The notes: a model not told the origin generated them from the letters alone. Counted from the stretch's first letter, positions 44,020 to 55,130 are shown. The stretch is 64,000 nt of DNA from a virus (IMGVR_UViG_3300046536_000173:1-64000); one strand, 5' to 3'. A program made the numbers and translations.

Positions 44020-44534
44020 TGGGACGCCGCCCGAAGCCGACCGCCTTGCACAAGCTCCACGGCACATACAACGCGACGAACCACGGACGCGACCGCGCGC
44101 AAGAGCCGGTGCCGATGGGCGACCTGGAGGAGCCGCCGCCCGACCTGACCGAAAGCCAGGAAGCCGGATGGCGCTACGCGATCGCCAACATGCCGAAGGG
44201 CGTCGTCAAGCTGATCGATCGCGGCATCCTGAAGGTCTGGATCGAAGCGGAGGATCGCCACAACACCGCGCGCCTCATGCAAGCGATGCTCGACCAGGAC
44301 ACGAAACTAAAGCTCCTGGTGAAAGGCCCGAACGGGCTGGAGCCGTCGCCTTACAACGTGATCCTCGACAAGTGCGCGCAAACCATGTTCCGCGCCGCGC
44401 AGGAATTGGGCTTCTCGCCCGCCGCGCGTCCGCGCCTGAAGCTCTACGCGCCGCCGCCCGACTCACAAGCCGCCGCCGACGTGCGCGCCGACCCGTGGGC
44501 CATGCTGCAGGTAATCCCTGGTGGCAAGGCGTAA
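44019..44534 (+). CDS. terS: Terminase small subunit, copy 2
   Basis: Homologue of 1560-2072. Confidence 0.92.
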   Translation: MGRRPKPTALHKLHGTYNATNHGRDRAQEPVPMGDLEEPPPDLTESQEAGWRYAIANMPKGVVKLIDRGILKVWIEAEDRHNTARLMQAMLDQDTKLKLLVKGPNGLEPSPYNVILDKCAQTMFRAAQELGFSPAARPRLKLYAPPPDSQAAADVRADPWAMLQVIPGGKA

Positions 44535-46263
44535 GCCTCCCGCGCCTCCTCCTCCCGGTGATGATCCGCGCCGCTTCACGCGCGACGCGCTCGACTATGC
44601 GAAGCGCACCGCCGACGATCCCGCCGCCGCCTCGATCCACGCCCGCGCCGCGTGCGAGCGCTTCATCCGCGACCATGCCGAAGCATCGAAGCGCGACACC
44701 CGCTGGTCGTTCGACGACACCGCCGCGATCCGCGCGATGGTGTTCGCGACTCAAATGCCCAACATCAAAGGCCCGGAAGCGAACAAGCCGATCCGCCTGA
44801 TGGACTGGCAAAAGTTCGCATATAGTAACATTTTCGGGTTCCTGGAGCGTGGCACGACGACCCGCCGCTTCCGACAGGCGGGCATCTTCGTTCCGAAGGG
44901 TAACGGCAAAACAACGATCTCCGCGCCGCTCGCGATGTATATGACATTCGGCGAGGGCGAGGGTGGAGCGGAGGGCTACGCCGCCGCCGTCACAAGAGAT
45001 CAGGCCCGCATCCTGTTTGACACCGCGTCGAACATGGTCCGCCGCTCGCCCGACATGCAACGCGCCTGGGGCGTCGGCGTGCTGACGAATTCGATCTTCC
45101 AGGAACGCACCGCCTCGCGCTTCATCCCGATCTCCTCCGACGCGAAGGCGCTCGACGGCCTCAACGTCGCCGTCGCCGTGTGCGATGAAATCGGATCGCA
45201 CCGCACGAGCGAAGTCTATGACGCGCTGATAACCGCGATGGGCAAGCGTCATCAGCCGTTCCTCCTGTCGATCTCGACCGCGACCAGCAACAGCGCCGGG
45301 ATCGGAAAACAGGTCTGGGATTACGTGCTCCGCGTCGTGCAAGGCGGGCAGGATGACGATCGGCTGTTCGGCATCATCTATTCGATCGACGACCAGGATG
45401 ATCCGTGGGACGAAGCGACCTGGGTCAAGGCAAATCCGGGCTGGGGCCATAGCGTGCAACCGGACGCGATCCGCGCGATCATGCGACAGGCCCGCAACAA
45501 CCCCGCGCAAGAGATGTCCGCCCGGACGCGGCACCTCAACGTGTGGGTCGGCGCCGACGAAGCGCTTTTCTCAACGCGCGCATGGAACGCGTGCGGCGAC
45601 GCCTCGCTTCAAATCGCCGCCTTCGAGGGCCGCGAATGTTACATCGGCGTCGATCTCGCCTCGCGCGCCGACCTCGCCGCCGTCGTCGCGGTGTTCCCGC
45701 AAACCGTCACCGTCGAGGGCCGCGACGCGCTGATGTTCACGGTGTTCGCGCGCTGTTACCTCAACGAAGCCGCCGTGATGGAAGCGCGCAACCCGTCATA
45801 TCCGGGGTGGGCCGCGAACAACGAATTGATCATCACGCAAGGCAACGAAACCGACTTCCACACGATCGAGGCCGACATCCTCGACATGAATTCGCGCTTC
45901 CGCCTGATGTCGCTCGCCTTCGATCCCTTCAACAGCGTGCACATGGCGCAACGCCTGACCGCGCGCGGTGTGCCGTGCCGCGAATTCCGATCGAACGCGC
46001 AAAACTTCAGCCCCGCGACGCGTGAACTCGAAGCCGCGATCCGGGGCAGTCGCATTCAACACGACATGAACGGCCCGCTGGGCTGGTGCATCGGAAACGT
46101 CGTCGGCCACACCGACGCCCGCGACAACGTGTATCCGCGCAAAGCACGCCCGGAGAACAAGATCGACGCCGCGATCGCGCTGATCATGGCGATCGCGCAA
46201 GCGACCGATCTCGCCGCAGCGCCCTCCGTTTACGAGACAAGGGGGTTGATCACACTCGGATGA
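44521..46263 (+). CDS. terL: Terminase large subunit, copy 2
   Basis: Homologue of 2059-3801. Confidence 0.97.
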   Translation: MARRKPPAPPPPGDDPRRFTRDALDYAKRTADDPAAASIHARAACERFIRDHAEASKRDTRWSFDDTAAIRAMVFATQMPNIKGPEANKPIRLMDWQKFAYSNIFGFLERGTTTRRFRQAGIFVPKGNGKTTISAPLAMYMTFGEGEGGAEGYAAAVTRDQARILFDTASNMVRRSPDMQRAWGVGVLTNSIFQERTASRFIPISSDAKALDGLNVAVAVCDEIGSHRTSEVYDALITAMGKRHQPFLLSISTATSNSAGIGKQVWDYVLRVVQGGQDDDRLFGIIYSIDDQDDPWDEATWVKANPGWGHSVQPDAIRAIMRQARNNPAQEMSARTRHLNVWVGADEALFSTRAWNACGDASLQIAAFEGRECYIGVDLASRADLAAVVAVFPQTVTVEGRDALMFTVFARCYLNEAAVMEARNPSYPGWAANNELIITQGNETDFHTIEADILDMNSRFRLMSLAFDPFNSVHMAQRLTARGVPCREFRSNAQNFSPATRELEAAIRGSRIQHDMNGPLGWCIGNVVGHTDARDNVYPRKARPENKIDAAIALIMAIAQATDLAAAPSVYETRGLITLG

Positions 46264-47642
46264 AATCACCCGTCGCACGCCTGATCAACGCGATGCGCCT
46301 CGGCCTCGCCGATCGCCCGACCGCCACGCGCACCGAACCGTCGATCGAGACGAAGGACAGCGCCGCCGTGACCTCGACGCTGGGCGGTCTGGGCTGGCCG
46401 CAGCCGATGCTATACGCCGCCCTCGGTGGCTACGCGTCGAACACCGGAGTCCCGGTGACGCCCTTCACCGCGCTCCAGGCATCGGCGGTTTACGCGTGCA
46501 TCCGCATGATCAGCCAGGACATGGCCATGCTGAAGCCGTTCATCCGCCGCACGCTGGTCGGTGGGGGTTATCGCCGCGAGCTTCAGCATCCGCTCGCGAA
46601 GCTGTTTCGCCGTCCGAACCGCTGGCAAACCGGGTTCGAATTCGTTTCATACATGTGCACGTCGCTTTGCCTCCGTGGCAACGCCTTCATCGTCGTCGAG
46701 CGCGACAAAGACGCGAACCCGGTGGAGCTTGTCCCGATCGCGCCCGACCGTTGCTCGATCATGCTGTCGGAGGATGGCGAGCTTTGGTATCGCATCAACA
46801 GCCGCCGCCTGGGTTACGGGCTGGTCGTGCCGCCCGATGACATGATCCACCTTAAAAACATGTCGCTCGACGGCTACATGGGCGCCTCGCCGATCGCGCT
46901 CGCGCAAGACATCGTGGGCCTCGCCCTCGCGACGCAACAGCATGGCGGCATCCTGTTCCGCCAGGGCGGACAGATCGGCGGCGTCGTGTCGCATCCCGGC
47001 AAGCTGTCGAAGGAAGCATCCGATCGCGTCGCGAATTCGTGGCGCGAGACGCACGCCGGAGTCCAGAACGCGCACAAGGTCGCGATCCTGGAGGAAGGGA
47101 TGACCTTCAACAAAGTCGCGATCACGAACGAAGAGGCGCAATTCCTGGAGACGCGCCGCTTCCAGGTGCAAGAGATCGCCCGCCTGTATGGCGTGCCGCC
47201 GCACCGCCTCGGCGAACTCGACAAGGCGACGTTGAACAACATCGAACAGCAAAACCAGCAATACGTTGACAGCGCGTTGAAGCCGATCGCGAACGCGATC
47301 GAGCAATTGTTCGATCATCATCTCCTGTTCGACGACGAACGATCGATGCTCGAATGTAAGTTCGACTTCGACGACATGACGCGCGGCGACATGTTGACCC
47401 GCTTCAACGCGTATCAGGTCGGAACCCTCAACGGCTGGCTGTCGCGCAACGAAGTCCGCGCCCGCGAAAACATGAACCCGATCGAGGATGGGCACGGCGA
47501 CGAATACCGCGTGCCGCTCAATACCGCCGTCCCCTCCGACAACCTCGCGCAAGTGACGACCGCGCCAAGCGTGACCGATGACGCGCCGGGGGCGAACGCG
47601 ACCACGCCGGAACCTGGAGCGCCCGACGATGCAGATAATTAG
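46260..47642 (+). CDS. Portal protein, copy 2
   Basis: Homologue of 3922-5292 with different N-terminus. Confidence 0.96.
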   Translation: MKSPVARLINAMRLGLADRPTATRTEPSIETKDSAAVTSTLGGLGWPQPMLYAALGGYASNTGVPVTPFTALQASAVYACIRMISQDMAMLKPFIRRTLVGGGYRRELQHPLAKLFRRPNRWQTGFEFVSYMCTSLCLRGNAFIVVERDKDANPVELVPIAPDRCSIMLSEDGELWYRINSRRLGYGLVVPPDDMIHLKNMSLDGYMGASPIALAQDIVGLALATQQHGGILFRQGGQIGGVVSHPGKLSKEASDRVANSWRETHAGVQNAHKVAILEEGMTFNKVAITNEEAQFLETRRFQVQEIARLYGVPPHRLGELDKATLNNIEQQNQQYVDSALKPIANAIEQLFDHHLLFDDERSMLECKFDFDDMTRGDMLTRFNAYQVGTLNGWLSRNEVRARENMNPIEDGHGDEYRVPLNTAVPSDNLAQVTTAPSVTDDAPGANATTPEPGAPDDADN

Positions 47643-48324
47643 CGCGACGCAATTCAAGAGCTTGAACCGTGGCCGCAACGTCACGCGCTCGACGATCGCC
47701 GTGCGCAAGCAGATCATCGCCCCCGCCGAAGGTCTGGAGCGCGGAGACACGCGCGCGCTGCGCTTCACGATCTCGACCGCCGATGTCGATCGCGAACAGG
47801 ACACGATCGCGATCGCCGGATGGGATCTGACGAACTTCAAGCGCAACCCCGTCGTGCTCTGGGGACACGACGCCTCGCGCCTCCCGATCGGTCGCGCCTT
47901 CGATGTCTCGATCGAGGGCGGCGCGTTGAAAGCCTCGATCGAATTCATCCCCGCCGACACGCCCGAAGGCGGCGCTTTCGCCGAGTCCGTCTATCGCCTC
48001 GCCCGCGCCGGTTTCATCGCCGCGACCTCCGTCGGGTTCCGCCCCCTGAAATGGGACTACACGCGCGACGCCGCGCGCGGAGCCGACGACTGGTTTCCGG
48101 GGATCGACTTCGAGGAACAAGAGCTTGTCGAGCTTTCCGTCGTCACCGTGCCCGCGAACCCGGAGGCGCTGATGGACGCGCCCGCGCCGGGTGAGGGCAC
48201 GGCAACCGCGTCCGACACCCCGCCCGTCTCGGGCGAGGAGGTGACAGCCTTCAACGAAGAACAAACAAGAGCACGAGCACGCCGCCGACGCGCGCTCCAA
48301 CTGGCACTGGCAACGACCGACTGA
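47629..48324 (+). CDS. Prohead protease, copy 2
   Basis: Homologue of 5463-6158. Confidence 0.95.
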   Translation: MQIISATQFKSLNRGRNVTRSTIAVRKQIIAPAEGLERGDTRALRFTISTADVDREQDTIAIAGWDLTNFKRNPVVLWGHDASRLPIGRAFDVSIEGGALKASIEFIPADTPEGGAFAESVYRLARAGFIAATSVGFRPLKWDYTRDAARGADDWFPGIDFEEQELVELSVVTVPANPEALMDAPAPGEGTATASDTPPVSGEEVTAFNEEQTRARARRRRALQLALATTD

Positions 48325-48378
48325 AATCGGATCAACGCGCCGCGCGATCCCGCGCCGCGCACACATAGGACAATCGCA

Positions 48379-49929
48379 ATGGCTGGCTTGTCAGAAAAAC
48401 ACCGTGACCTAAAGCGTCGGCGCGCTGAAATCGTCGAGAAAATGGGCGCCATCGTCAACAAAGACACGGACGAAACGCCGATCGACGAAGCCGGATCGAC
48501 GACCTTCGACGAACTGTCGGCGGCACTCGCCGCGATCGATCAACGCCTCCAGCGCGTCGCCGCCGCGATGCAAGCCGCCGCCGAAGGGGCGACGGACGCG
48601 AACGGAGACGACGACAGCGACACCGAAGCCGACGACGACGACAAGAGCCTCGCCCGTGGCGGTTTCCGCGTGCGCGAAGGTGGCCGGCGAACCCCCGCGC
48701 AAGCGAAGCGCGATCCCGATGCGGGCCTGAAGGAAAAGCGGGGCGTGAAAGCCGCGCGCTTCGTGCTGGGCCTGATGCACGCGCGCTATAACAAGGTTTC
48801 GATGCAAAAGGCGTCGGAATTCATCGCGACCCGCTTCGGCGACGACATCGTTGCGCGCGCCCTCAACAGCGGCGTGACGGGCGAAGGCGGCGCGCTGATC
48901 CCGCAAGACTTCATGGCGGACCTGATCGAACTGTTGCGCGCCTCGACCGCCGTTCGCGGATCAAACCCGATGGAAATCGGGATGCCGATGGGCAACATCA
49001 CGATCCCGCGCCTCGCCGGAGGAGCGACCGCCGCGTATCAGAACGAACTTGACGACATCGCCGTGTCGCAAGAGCGCTTCGACGACGTGAACCTTGTCGC
49101 GAAAAAGCTCACGGCGATGGTTCCCGTGTCGAACGATCTGATCCGCCGCGCGCCGATCGGAGTCGAGGAGGTGGTGCGCGACGATCTCGTGCAAACCGTC
49201 GCCCGCCGCGAGGATTTGGCGTTCCTCCGTGGTGACGGAACCGACAAGGGTCCGATCGGAATGCGGCATCTCGCCTTGCCCGCGAACATCATCACGATCG
49301 CGCCGATGCCCGCGACGCCCGCGCCCGGAGATCAACTGACCGCCATCCTCGCCGCCGCGTCCGCCGCGATCCTGACGTTGCAAAACGGCATGTCGCGGAT
49401 GCTTCGCCCGACCTGGATCATGGCGCCGACGATGGCCCGCTTCATCGCGACCGCCCGCGACTCCGTTGGCGGGTTCTACTTCAAAGACGAGATGGCGGCG
49501 GGGACATTCGAGGGCTACCCCGTCAAATTGACGCAGCAAATCCCGACGAACTTGGTCATGAGCACATACACGAAGGCGTCGGAAATTTACTTCGTTGACA
49601 TGGCGGATTTTATCATCGCCGACACATACAACGTCGTCGTCGATGCCTCCGATGTCGCCGCATACAACGACGGCGTGTCGATGGTCTCCGCTTTCCAGCG
49701 CGATCAATCGCTGTTCCGTGTCATCGCGGAGCACGATTGCAACATGCGGCACCTTCAGTCGCTCGTGGTGTTGCTCGTGCAAGACTGGGCCTTCAGCGGA
49801 ATGCCGGGGTCGCCTGGGGCGCCTTACTCGACGCAACCCCTCAACCCCACATGGTCGCAAGCCGGAGCCATCAGGCCCGCCCTGGCGACCGGCGCGAACG
49901 CGCCGCCGCCACTCAAAGACCCGGCATAA
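48379..49929 (+). CDS. Major capsid protein, copy 2
   Basis: Homologue of 6220-7770. Confidence 0.96.
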   Translation: MAGLSEKHRDLKRRRAEIVEKMGAIVNKDTDETPIDEAGSTTFDELSAALAAIDQRLQRVAAAMQAAAEGATDANGDDDSDTEADDDDKSLARGGFRVREGGRRTPAQAKRDPDAGLKEKRGVKAARFVLGLMHARYNKVSMQKASEFIATRFGDDIVARALNSGVTGEGGALIPQDFMADLIELLRASTAVRGSNPMEIGMPMGNITIPRLAGGATAAYQNELDDIAVSQERFDDVNLVAKKLTAMVPVSNDLIRRAPIGVEEVVRDDLVQTVARREDLAFLRGDGTDKGPIGMRHLALPANIITIAPMPATPAPGDQLTAILAAASAAILTLQNGMSRMLRPTWIMAPTMARFIATARDSVGGFYFKDEMAAGTFEGYPVKLTQQIPTNLVMSTYTKASEIYFVDMADFIIADTYNVVVDASDVAAYNDGVSMVSAFQRDQSLFRVIAEHDCNMRHLQSLVVLLVQDWAFSGMPGSPGAPYSTQPLNPTWSQAGAIRPALATGANAPPPLKDPA

Positions 49930-49947
49930 TCGGAGGAGCTTCGCACA

Positions 49948-50673
49948 ATGCCAGACGATCGAAACGACGCGCCGCGCTTCGTCCCCCTCGGCTCGATGCC
50001 GGGGGGGTTGGAATTCCCCCCGCGACGCTATCCGCCCGACCCGCGACATCTCGACATCCCGCGCACGTTCGACCCGCGCGCGTCGGTGCAGCTTGAACGC
50101 AGCGCGCGCGACATCGCGGCGGGCAAGCCTGGAGCCGCCGCGCGCGAGGATGCCGATCGCGCGACGCCGGAGAACCCGACCGGACGCGCGACGCCGGGGA
50201 ACCCAAGTGGCGAACCCGCGCCGACCGGGGTCGAGGGCGCGACGGAGCGCGAAACGCCCGTGACCTTCAATCAGCATTTCGCCAGCTATAACGCTGGCGA
50301 AACCGCCGCCTTCAGCGCCGACGAAGCCGCCCGCCTCGCCGACCTCGGCGTGACCGGCGAAGCGCCGCCCGCTGGAGCCGCGCCCGTCAACACGACGGTC
50401 CCCGCCGTCACGCAAGCCGCCGACGTGCTGTCGTGCACGATGGGGACGTGGGACGGGGAGCCGACCGCCTACGCCTACGCCTGGACCCTCGACGGCGCGT
50501 CGGTCGGAACCGACAGCGACACGCACACCGTCACGAGCGCCGAAGCGGGCCAGACCGCTGTTTGCACCGTCACCGCGACGAACGCGACCGGATCGACCGC
50601 CGCGCCGCCCTCGACGGGTGTCGTCGTCACCGATCCAGCCGGAGCGACGCGAAGCGGGAGGCATAGGTCGTGA
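49948..50673 (+). CDS. Ig-like virion protein, copy 2 (longer N-terminus)
   Basis: Homologue of 7785-8306. Confidence 0.65.
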   Translation: MPDDRNDAPRFVPLGSMPGGLEFPPRRYPPDPRHLDIPRTFDPRASVQLERSARDIAAGKPGAAAREDADRATPENPTGRATPGNPSGEPAPTGVEGATERETPVTFNQHFASYNAGETAAFSADEAARLADLGVTGEAPPAGAAPVNTTVPAVTQAADVLSCTMGTWDGEPTAYAYAWTLDGASVGTDSDTHTVTSAEAGQTAVCTVTATNATGSTAAPPSTGVVVTDPAGATRSGRHRS

Positions 50674-50882
50674 GCGCGACCGTGGTTCCGGGCACACTGG
50701 TCCATATGCGGACCTTGCGCCGCTTCGCGCATTACACGGCGGGCGAGCTTATCGCCGTTCCGTTCGATGCCGCGCGCGACCTCGACGCGAAGCGCCTCGC
50801 GCAGCCGTTGCAATTGTTCGTGCCGGGGGCGGAGGGCGACGCGCAGCCCGTCCGCCAGCCGACCGGCGTCGTGCGGAAATAG
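50670..50882 (+). CDS. Small head-associated protein, copy 2
   Basis: Homologue of 8303-8518. Confidence 0.7.
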   Translation: MSATVVPGTLVHMRTLRRFAHYTAGELIAVPFDAARDLDAKRLAQPLQLFVPGAEGDAQPVRQPTGVVRK

Positions 50883-50887
50883 CGCCG

Positions 50888-51520
50888 ATGTATGGCGGGT
50901 TGCGCGTCGTCGAGGCCCCCGCGACGGAGCCGGTATCGATCGAGCTTGTCCGCCAGCATTGCCGCATCGACGCGGACTATGACGACGAACTGGTGGCGAT
51001 GTATGTGACCAGCGCGCGGCAAGAGGCGGAAGCCTACTTAAACCGCGCGCTGTTCACGCAACGCTTGCGATACAACATCACCTGGGCGCCGCCGCCGACC
51101 GCGACGCCGCTCGTGCCGCAATCGCTGATCGTGTTTCCGCTCAACTGGCCCCCGCTCGTGAAAGCGCCGATCGAGCTTCCGCGCCCGCCCGCGATCTCCG
51201 TCGAGCAAATCACCTGGGGACCGCTCGACGACATGCAAATCGCCGACCCGGAGGATTACACGCTCAACCTGGGCGTCGATCCCGCATATGTCTCCGTCAA
51301 ACCGCAATTGCTGCCACGCATCCCGCAACAGTCGATGGTGATCGACTTCACGGCGGGCTATGACGCCGCCGATCCGCTCGCGATCCCGACGCCGATCCGC
51401 ATGGCGATCCTGACCGGCGCCGCGCACCATTACGAAAACCGGGGCGACGTGTCCGCCGACATGCCGCCCGCGTTTTACCGCCTCCTCGACCCGTTCCGGG
51501 TCTGGACCTTCAGCGGATGA
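50888..51520 (+). CDS. Head-tail connector, copy 2
   Basis: Homologue of 8524-9156. Confidence 0.9.
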   Translation: MYGGLRVVEAPATEPVSIELVRQHCRIDADYDDELVAMYVTSARQEAEAYLNRALFTQRLRYNITWAPPPTATPLVPQSLIVFPLNWPPLVKAPIELPRPPAISVEQITWGPLDDMQIADPEDYTLNLGVDPAYVSVKPQLLPRIPQQSMVIDFTAGYDAADPLAIPTPIRMAILTGAAHHYENRGDVSADMPPAFYRLLDPFRVWTFSG

Positions 51521-51639
51521 CCGGATCGCCCCGCCGCTTCAGCCGCGCGCGGATCGAGCTTCTGGCAACCGCCGCCGTCGCGCTCCTGGGGGTGCTCGTG
51601 CTCCTCCTCGACCTCCTGACGGGTGTCGATGCCCGATAA
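51517..51639 (+). CDS. 40-aa single-TM peptide (copy 2 only)
   Basis: MTGSPRRFSRARIELLATAAVALLGVLVLLLDLL. Confidence 0.5.
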   Translation: MTGSPRRFSRARIELLATAAVALLGVLVLLLDLLTGVDAR

Positions 51640-52111
51640 CCCGACCGGCGCCCTGACGGCCTCCACGGGGATCGGCGCGCTGCGCTCGCTCGTGACCCTG
51701 TATCGCCGCGACCAGGAACCCGCCGCCGACCTCGCGCTGCAGGAACGGCTGGTGCCGATCGCCACCGTGCACGCCTCGATCGAGCCGACGTTCGCGAGCA
51801 CGTTTTACGCCTCGACGCAGGTCGACCAGCCGGTGACGCACATGATCACGATCCGCTGGCAAGAGTATTTGCCGACGATCGATGTCATCGTGCGCTCGAC
51901 GAAGCGCCCCGACACGGACGGCATCCGATCGGAGCTTTTCCGCGTGCGCCGCTCGAAGGAAGTCGGAGGCCGCAAGCGCTTCCTTCAGATCGAGTGCGAG
52001 CTTGAACACGCCCGGATCACGCCCGACGACCGCGACGGAACCCGCAACGCCCTGTTGACCGAACCCTATGACGGCGCCGGGGCCGCGCCGCCCGGAGTGA
52101 ACCCGACATGA
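51629..52111 (+). CDS. Head closure protein, copy 2
   Basis: Homologue of 9223-9702. Confidence 0.8.
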   Translation: MPDNPTGALTASTGIGALRSLVTLYRRDQEPAADLALQERLVPIATVHASIEPTFASTFYASTQVDQPVTHMITIRWQEYLPTIDVIVRSTKRPDTDGIRSELFRVRRSKEVGGRKRFLQIECELEHARITPDDRDGTRNALLTEPYDGAGAAPPGVNPT

Positions 52112-52275
52112 CGCTGATCCTGGTCATCGTGCTCGTGCTCCTCCTCGCCGGGGGCGGCTACGGATGGCGCGCCGGATATTACGGCGCGAGCGACCCGCTG
52201 GGCATCATCCTGATCGTCATCCTGTTGGTGCTCGTGTTTGGCCTCGTGCGCGGACCTCACTGGGGCTGGTGGTGA
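52108..52275 (+). CDS. DUF3309-like membrane protein, copy 2
   Basis: Homologue of 9699-9866. Confidence 0.7.
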   Translation: MTLILVIVLVLLLAGGGYGWRAGYYGASDPLGIILIVILLVLVFGLVRGPHWGWW

Positions 52276-52793
52276 GCGATCTGAAGCTGACCGTCACAAG
52301 CTGGGGCACCGTCGCGCTCGACAAGCGCGAATTGCGCGCCCTCATGCGCGCGGCCGGCAATGACGTGAAAAGCAAAACCGCCCGCCTGATCAACAAAAGC
52401 CAGGGCGGGGGCCGGAGCTATTTCGGACCCGCTGGACGCTATACCGCGTCGTCGCCTGGAGCGCCGCCCGTGCGCGTGTCCGGGGATCTCCGATCGAGCT
52501 TGCGGACCTATCCCTTCAAGTCGGGCGAGGGCTTCGCCGTCCGCGCCCGCGCCCCCTACGCGACGCCGCTCGAAGCCGGGGCCTTTGGCGGGGCGCCCGG
52601 AAGCTCGAAGCGCCGCGAGCATCGCAAGCTGTCCGCGCCGATCCGCAAAGCGCGCGCCAAGTCGCGGGGCGAGGGCCGCGAGATGGAGCCGCGCCCGTTC
52701 CTCGATCTCGTGATGACGCGGGAAGCGCCCGACCTCGATCGCCGCGTGCGCAAAGCGCTCGAAGGCGCGTTGACCTGGAAAGAGTCGAAGTGA
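52272..52793 (+). CDS. gp10-like neck protein, copy 2
   Basis: Homologue of 9866-10387. Confidence 0.8.
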   Translation: MSDLKLTVTSWGTVALDKRELRALMRAAGNDVKSKTARLINKSQGGGRSYFGPAGRYTASSPGAPPVRVSGDLRSSLRTYPFKSGEGFAVRARAPYATPLEAGAFGGAPGSSKRREHRKLSAPIRKARAKSRGEGREMEPRPFLDLVMTREAPDLDRRVRKALEGALTWKESK

Positions 52794-53434
52794 ACGCGCT
52801 CGCGCCGCCCTCGATCATGGGCATATTCATCGCGCAATTGCGCCTGTGCGCGCCGATTTTCGGCGGACGCGTCGCCGGAGCCGCCGAATTTTACGCGGGC
52901 CTCAAGAATTACAACACGTCGCTCGCGCTGCCCGCCGCGTATGTGCTCCCGCTCGGCCAGGAAGCCGAAGCGAACACGATCCTGGGCGGCGGGTTTCAAC
53001 AGATCGTGCACAAGTCGATCGGTGTCGCCGTCGAACTCGACGCGCAGACCGATCGACGCGGACAGGCGCCGACGATGAACTTCGAGGAGATCGAGCTTCA
53101 GCTTTTCGCCTCCGTGCTCAACCTGTTCATTCCCGGATGCCGCATGTCGAAAGGCATCTGGTTCCAGGGTGCCCGATACCTCGACCTCGACCGCGCGCGT
53201 CTGTTCTACCAGTGGGAATTTTGCGCCGACCTGATGATCACCGACATCGACGGGGTGCAACCCCTCTCGGTGCCGCTGGAGCATGTCGAGGTGGACATTC
53301 ACAACGCGCCGGGGGCCGTGGGCGTGCCCGGAAGCATCCCCGCCGCCGTCGTCGTCGTGCCTACCGGCGAGCCGCCCTATCCGCCGCCGACCAATGGGCC
53401 TTGGCCCGACCCTGACACATCAACGGAGGATTGA
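52790..53434 (+). CDS. Tail terminator-like protein, copy 2
   Basis: Homologue of 10384-11034. Confidence 0.75.
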   Translation: MNALAPPSIMGIFIAQLRLCAPIFGGRVAGAAEFYAGLKNYNTSLALPAAYVLPLGQEAEANTILGGGFQQIVHKSIGVAVELDAQTDRRGQAPTMNFEEIELQLFASVLNLFIPGCRMSKGIWFQGARYLDLDRARLFYQWEFCADLMITDIDGVQPLSVPLEHVEVDIHNAPGAVGVPGSIPAAVVVVPTGEPPYPPPTNGPWPDPDTSTED

Positions 53435-53437
53435 ATC

Positions 53438-53641
53438 ATGCTGGTAAAGCCCGTGGCCGGTCGCACCGTGCGCGATCCGCACTCGCTGGCGGTGTTGCCG
53501 GAGGAAGGTCGCGAAGTTCCCGACAACGACGCCTTTTGGCTCCGTCGCCTTCGTGACGGCGACGTGACGACCGAACAGCCAACGGCACGCGCCGCGCCGC
53601 GAGGGCACGCGCGACACGAACCCGCGCACAGGGAGTCCTAA
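53438..53641 (+). CDS. Mu gp38-like protein, copy 2
   Basis: Homologue of 13883-14092. Confidence 0.9.
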   Translation: MLVKPVAGRTVRDPHSLAVLPEEGREVPDNDAFWLRRLRDGDVTTEQPTARAAPRGHARHEPAHRES

Positions 53642-53644
53642 GCG

Positions 53645-55117
53645 ATGGCGATCAATTTCACCTACTATCCGACATCGAACCGGGTTCCGGGCGTCTATGT
53701 CGAGATGGACCCTTCGCAGGCGAATTCCGCGACGGTCCTTCAAAACACGTTGCTGATCGGGCAGATCACGATCACCGGGACAGCGGTCAGCAACCATCCC
53801 GTGCTGATCGAAAGCAAAGCGCAATTGCTCACGCTTTGCGGCGCCGGATCGATGCTCAACGCGATGGGAAGCCGCTACCTCGACCGCGATCCCTTCGGCC
53901 CGCTTTACATCCTCCCCGTCGAGGATGACGCCGCCGCCGTCGCCGCGACCGGATCGATCGCGATCGCCGGTCCCGCGACCAAATCTGGCACGTTGAACGT
54001 CTACGTCGGCGGGTTGCGCGTCCGCTCGCTTGTCTCCAGCGGAGACGCCGCGACCGCGATCGCGACCGCGCTCGCCGCCGCGATCAACGCGACGGAGAAC
54101 ATCGAAGTCACCGCGACCGCCGCCGCCGCCGATGTCACGTTGACCTCGATCGGTAAGGGCGACGCTTTCAACGGTATCGACATCCGCGCGAACTATCTCG
54201 GCGCCGCTGGCGGCGAATATGACGTGCCGGGTGTCACGTTGACGATCACGCCAATGGCGGGCGGCACCGGCAATCCGGGCATCGGGGGCGCGCTCGCGAA
54301 CCTGTCGGATCAGCCCTTCGACTTCATCATCACGCCATACACGGACACGTCGAACCTCGACGCGCTCAAGGGCATGTTGGCCGACGACGTGGGCCGCTGG
54401 TCTTGGGAACAGATGATCTATGGCGGGGCCTTCGCCGCGTATCGCGGAACGCTCGGCGAGTGCACGACGTTCGGCAACGGTCGCAACGATCAACACATGT
54501 CGATCGTCGCATACAACGACAGCCCCGATCCGCCCTGGATTTGGGCGACCGAGATCGGAGCCGCGTCCGCCGCGAGCTTGCGCGTCGATCCGGGCCTTCC
54601 GCTGCAATACATCAACACGACGCTGAAGGCGCCGCCGATCCCCTCCCGCTGGACCTTGGGCGAGCGCAACACGCTCCTGTATGACGGCATGAGCACGTTC
54701 CGCACCGGAGACGACGGAACGGTGATCGTCGAGCGCATGGCGACGACCTATCAAAAGAACGCCGCCGGAGCGACCGACAACGCATACCTCGATGTCGAAA
54801 CGATGTATGGCCTGATGTTCGTCGCGCGCGACCTGTCGAACTATCTCCTGACCCGCTACGCCCGGAAAAAGCTGGTCAGCGATCAAACGATGATCCTGGC
54901 CGGGTCGAATTGCGTCAACGCGCCGATGATCCGCGCCTCCGTCATCGCCGAATATCGCGCGATGGAGTCGGCGGGCTACGTGCAAAACTCACGCGCGTTT
55001 TCGCAAAACGTCATCGTCGAAAACGCGGGCAACGGACTGGTGAAAATCCTCGCGCCCGTCGATCTCGTGAACCAGCTTCGCCAGATCGCCATTTTGTTGC
55101 AATTCCGCAAGAGCTAA
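53645..55117 (+). CDS. Tail sheath, copy 2
   Basis: Homologue of 14096-15568. Confidence 0.96.
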   Translation: MAINFTYYPTSNRVPGVYVEMDPSQANSATVLQNTLLIGQITITGTAVSNHPVLIESKAQLLTLCGAGSMLNAMGSRYLDRDPFGPLYILPVEDDAAAVAATGSIAIAGPATKSGTLNVYVGGLRVRSLVSSGDAATAIATALAAAINATENIEVTATAAAADVTLTSIGKGDAFNGIDIRANYLGAAGGEYDVPGVTLTITPMAGGTGNPGIGGALANLSDQPFDFIITPYTDTSNLDALKGMLADDVGRWSWEQMIYGGAFAAYRGTLGECTTFGNGRNDQHMSIVAYNDSPDPPWIWATEIGAASAASLRVDPGLPLQYINTTLKAPPIPSRWTLGERNTLLYDGMSTFRTGDDGTVIVERMATTYQKNAAGATDNAYLDVETMYGLMFVARDLSNYLLTRYARKKLVSDQTMILAGSNCVNAPMIRASVIAEYRAMESAGYVQNSRAFSQNVIVENAGNGLVKILAPVDLVNQLRQIAILLQFRKS

Positions 55118-55130
55118 GGGGGAACCCGCG